From Peribolospora baueri (lineage: Eukaryota): a DNA stretch of 64,000 bases. The position numbers and the translations under genes were made by a program. The notes beneath the pieces were generated by a model. That model was not told where the DNA came from. It did no database searches and was given only the letters and a program-made list of their open reading frames with translations. Positions 61,114 through 64,000 of the stretch are shown piece after piece (the stretch's first letter is position 1; each line of letters starts with the position of its first letter). The stretch spans positions 62,001 through 126,000 of the forward strand of contig JAMDHS010000052.1 in NCBI GenBank assembly GCA_029717555.1, read 5' to 3'.

Positions 61114-62879
61114 GGTCAGGCCGACGTGCGGCCTACGCAAGCGATGCGATGCGATGCGATGATGCCCCGCCGCCGACAACGTTCTCCCCGTCGTCTTCTC
61201 GTCTTCTCATCCCTCGTCGTCGCCCTTCCCCGGACGACCCGCGCATGGCTTGGCTTGGCTTGGCTCGTTAAATAGTTCACGGCGCTATTCCTCCCGCGCT
61301 CTCCCGATCACCCCACCGCTTCCTCGGGAACCCGCTTCGCTTCCGTCCGTCCATCTTTCTTCGTCCACGACAAAGCCCGAGCCGATCGTGATCGACGCCA
61401 ATGCCTTCATTCCATCCCGACTCCTCCGTACAAATCCCGACCCGATACGATACGATACGACGATGAACAACCCTTCTCCGACCGACCGCTCTACTGGACC
61501 ATCCATCCGGTCGACCGGGCGCGGTACGAAACGAAACGATACGAAACGAAATGACGCTGGATGTGGAGACCCCGGGCGAGTAAGCGCATGCATGGATGTG
61601 GATGTGGTGTGCAGCGAGCGTCGAGATGGATGCCTAGCTAGACACACACACCTACCCGCACCCGTCCCGGGACGACCGCCTTTCGTTCGTACATCACAGC
61701 CGGACAGCCCCGTTCCGAACCCACCCGATCCCCTCGCCGCGCCGACCCATCCGCCCTCGCCTCGGGAAGGATCGGACCCCATCTACCTCCGTTCCCTCCG
61801 GCGGGCGGGTGGTCGCGGACGTAGGAGGAGCGCGGTACGCAACCGCCGCCAGTCGCCGACGCCGCTCGCATCGTCGGATCAATGCGATAATGCGGTCCGT
61901 GCCGTTCAAGTGGTCCGAGCGTCGTCGTGGTCGGTCGTGGGAAGAATACCGAAACCGATCCGGTCGGTCGGTCGGGAGACTGTCTGGACAGACCCTTTTC
62001 TTTCCCTTTTTCTTTTTTTCTCTTCCTCTCTTCTCTCTTTCTCTCAGTCCGCGTCGATTCGGAACGAGGCTATGCAGTTACTCTCCTCACAATGAGAGTC
62101 TCTCCCCTCCGAATTTCTTTCGACTCGCAGCGTCGATTCCCTATTCCCTTGACTGCCTTGTTTCTCTACTCGGGTCATCACGGCGTGACGGCTCAACGAC
62201 TCTTCATCGCGCCACAAGAATGACGCTCGGGGCGCCGGTGACTTTTCTGGTCACAATTTTCGATACGAGGAGGATGGGAGGTGGGTTGAATTTCTCTGTT
62301 GACTCTCCGGTCTCGCCTGTGCCGACCGGCGGTCCAACCCGTGGGTTCGTTCCGCCGTTCCGCGAAATGTACCTCCATCCACCCATACCTAATACATAAA
62401 CACACACCGCGACCCTCTCTTTATCTCTTTGCTCACTCATCGTGGCTACCTTGAGACCGTTTTCGTACCCGTCTTAAGACGACGACGACGACAACGACGA
62501 TCATGACGATGAGCCCCCAGCTCGGGACCTGATAAGCGCGGTCGGACAGCGTAGGGGGAGCGAGGAAGATGGTTACCTGTCATCCTACCTAACCCTCTAC
62601 CTCCTCCAGCAGTCTCGAGTCGGACCACGACCCACACGCCGACTGTACGCACCTACTAAGACCTATTTCCAATCCCTCTCTCCTCTCCGCCTCTTCGGAC
62701 CTCGGCGCCGACGCTGGCTCACCTCGCCGACGCGTCCCTCCGACTTATCCGCCCCACTCCTCCTCCTTTTTTCCGCCGTCCATATCGCCCGCCTTGGCTT
62801 TTCCTTCCTTTCTCTCTCTCTCTTTGTCTCTCGCAATGCATCGCGCAGTTCATAGCAAAGCAAGTCAAAGTCGAATGTC

Positions 62880-64000
62880 ATGCTCGCACGCCGCCTCCTC
62901 TTCTTGACGACCGGCCGGCCGGTCCGACTCGATCGCCTCGCCGCACCCGTGCCCTCTTCTTCAACAGTCCCCGTCCCCATCCCGACGTCGCGCTCCATCA
63001 TCACCACTCCGACTGCCAGCGCTAGCCCTCCTCCACCGTCGTCGTCGTCTTTCTCCAACATGCCTCGGTCCTCCTATCTGCCTTGGCCGCCGCCCTCGCA
63101 GTCGGACTGCTGTCTCTGTGGCCCCCGCGTCGTCTCGAGGCGGAGCTCGCATCGTCGTCGTCGTTTTGTCGTCCTCCTCCCCCTTTAGCCCCTCCGAGCT
63201 GCCGCCCCGCCTCATCTCCGCCAAGGAGCTCCTCCAGCGCAAAGGACGATCGCTTTGGGTCGTCTTGGACGGCGTCGTATGGGACGTCACCGCGTTCGCC
63301 GACAACCACCCCGGCGGCGCAGACGTGCTGGTGCAGAACGCTGGCAAGGACATTTCTGCCCTCTTTCGAACCGTCCATTCTTCCGCACTCCTCCGAGACT
63401 TGCACCGCCATGGCGTCCGGCCTGTCGGCACGTTCGACCCTGCCACGGCTTTTGAGGTCGAGCATGCCGAGCAACAGCAGCTCGGGTTTGACTTCGATCC
63501 ATCCTCCCTCCTCTCGATCACGTCTTCGACCTCGCTCACTTCGAGTCTCTCGCCCACGACGTCCTAGCCGAAGCAGGCACCAAACTGTGGGGCTATTTCG
63601 CTAGCCATTCCGACCACGGCGTCTCCTTTCGCTCCAACTGCTCCGCATGGTCTCACCTCCGTCTCTTACCTCGCGTACTCGTGCCCATCGCCAAAGTCGA
63701 CCACACCACCACTATGGCTGGCCATGTCTCTTCTGCCCCCTTTCTCATCCCTCCCGTCGGTCAGTACCGTCTCGCTCACCCCGACGGAGAGATCGCCGTC
63801 CTTCGCGCTGCTTGCCAGAACTAGCATCCCCTTTTGCGTCTCTAGCGCGTCTAACACGCCGATCGAAGACGTGCTCCTGGAACGAGATCGGATCGTGCAC
63901 GACTCACCGACGACGAAGAAGGATACGTGAGAGCGCCGGTATGGTGGCAGATCTACATGCGCATCGATCGTAAAGACATGGCGGACCGTATCCGATGGGC
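62880..64000 (+). pseudogene. Flavocytochrome b2 / FMN-dependent alpha-hydroxy-acid dehydrogenase-like gene with about 5 frameshifts, runs off window
   Basis: Presequence, TM anchor, cytochrome b5 domain (WDVTAFADNHPGG), then LPPLDHVFDL..WGYF..LRLLPRVL..LAHPDGE..WWQIY, lying in successive different frames. Family call is confident; pseudogene status is not. Confidence 0.7.

Overview
Gene-dense, GC-rich, intron-rich eukaryotic DNA. Short GT-AG introns with CTRAC branch sites and the gene content indicate a basidiomycete fungus; a yeast-like tremellomycete is my inference only. Recognisable genes: IlvD/Edd dehydratase (partial), Exo5, capping protein alpha, a mitochondrial PPR protein, an MDR oxidoreductase, COQ5, a SYLF/Ysc84 protein, cullin-1, a Rib2-type deaminase, Fcf2, Sus1, eIF3e, Epl1, a class I hydrophobin, acetyl-CoA synthetase, an intron-containing tRNA-Ile(AAT) and a multiply frameshifted flavocytochrome b2. 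Main points of interest: (1) a ~800 bp inverted-repeat (hairpin) locus built from two diverged copies of a foreign-looking coding fragment, a candidate siRNA-producing endogenous viral element; (2) a SET domain spliced in frame to the tRNA deaminase subunit Tad3; (3) a stand-alone LigD 3'-phosphoesterase gene that only appears after splicing; (4) two long intronless orphan ORFs sharing three ordered motifs; (5) a Helitron remnant and a possible solo LTR next to the tRNA. All exon models were derived by eye and no database search was run.
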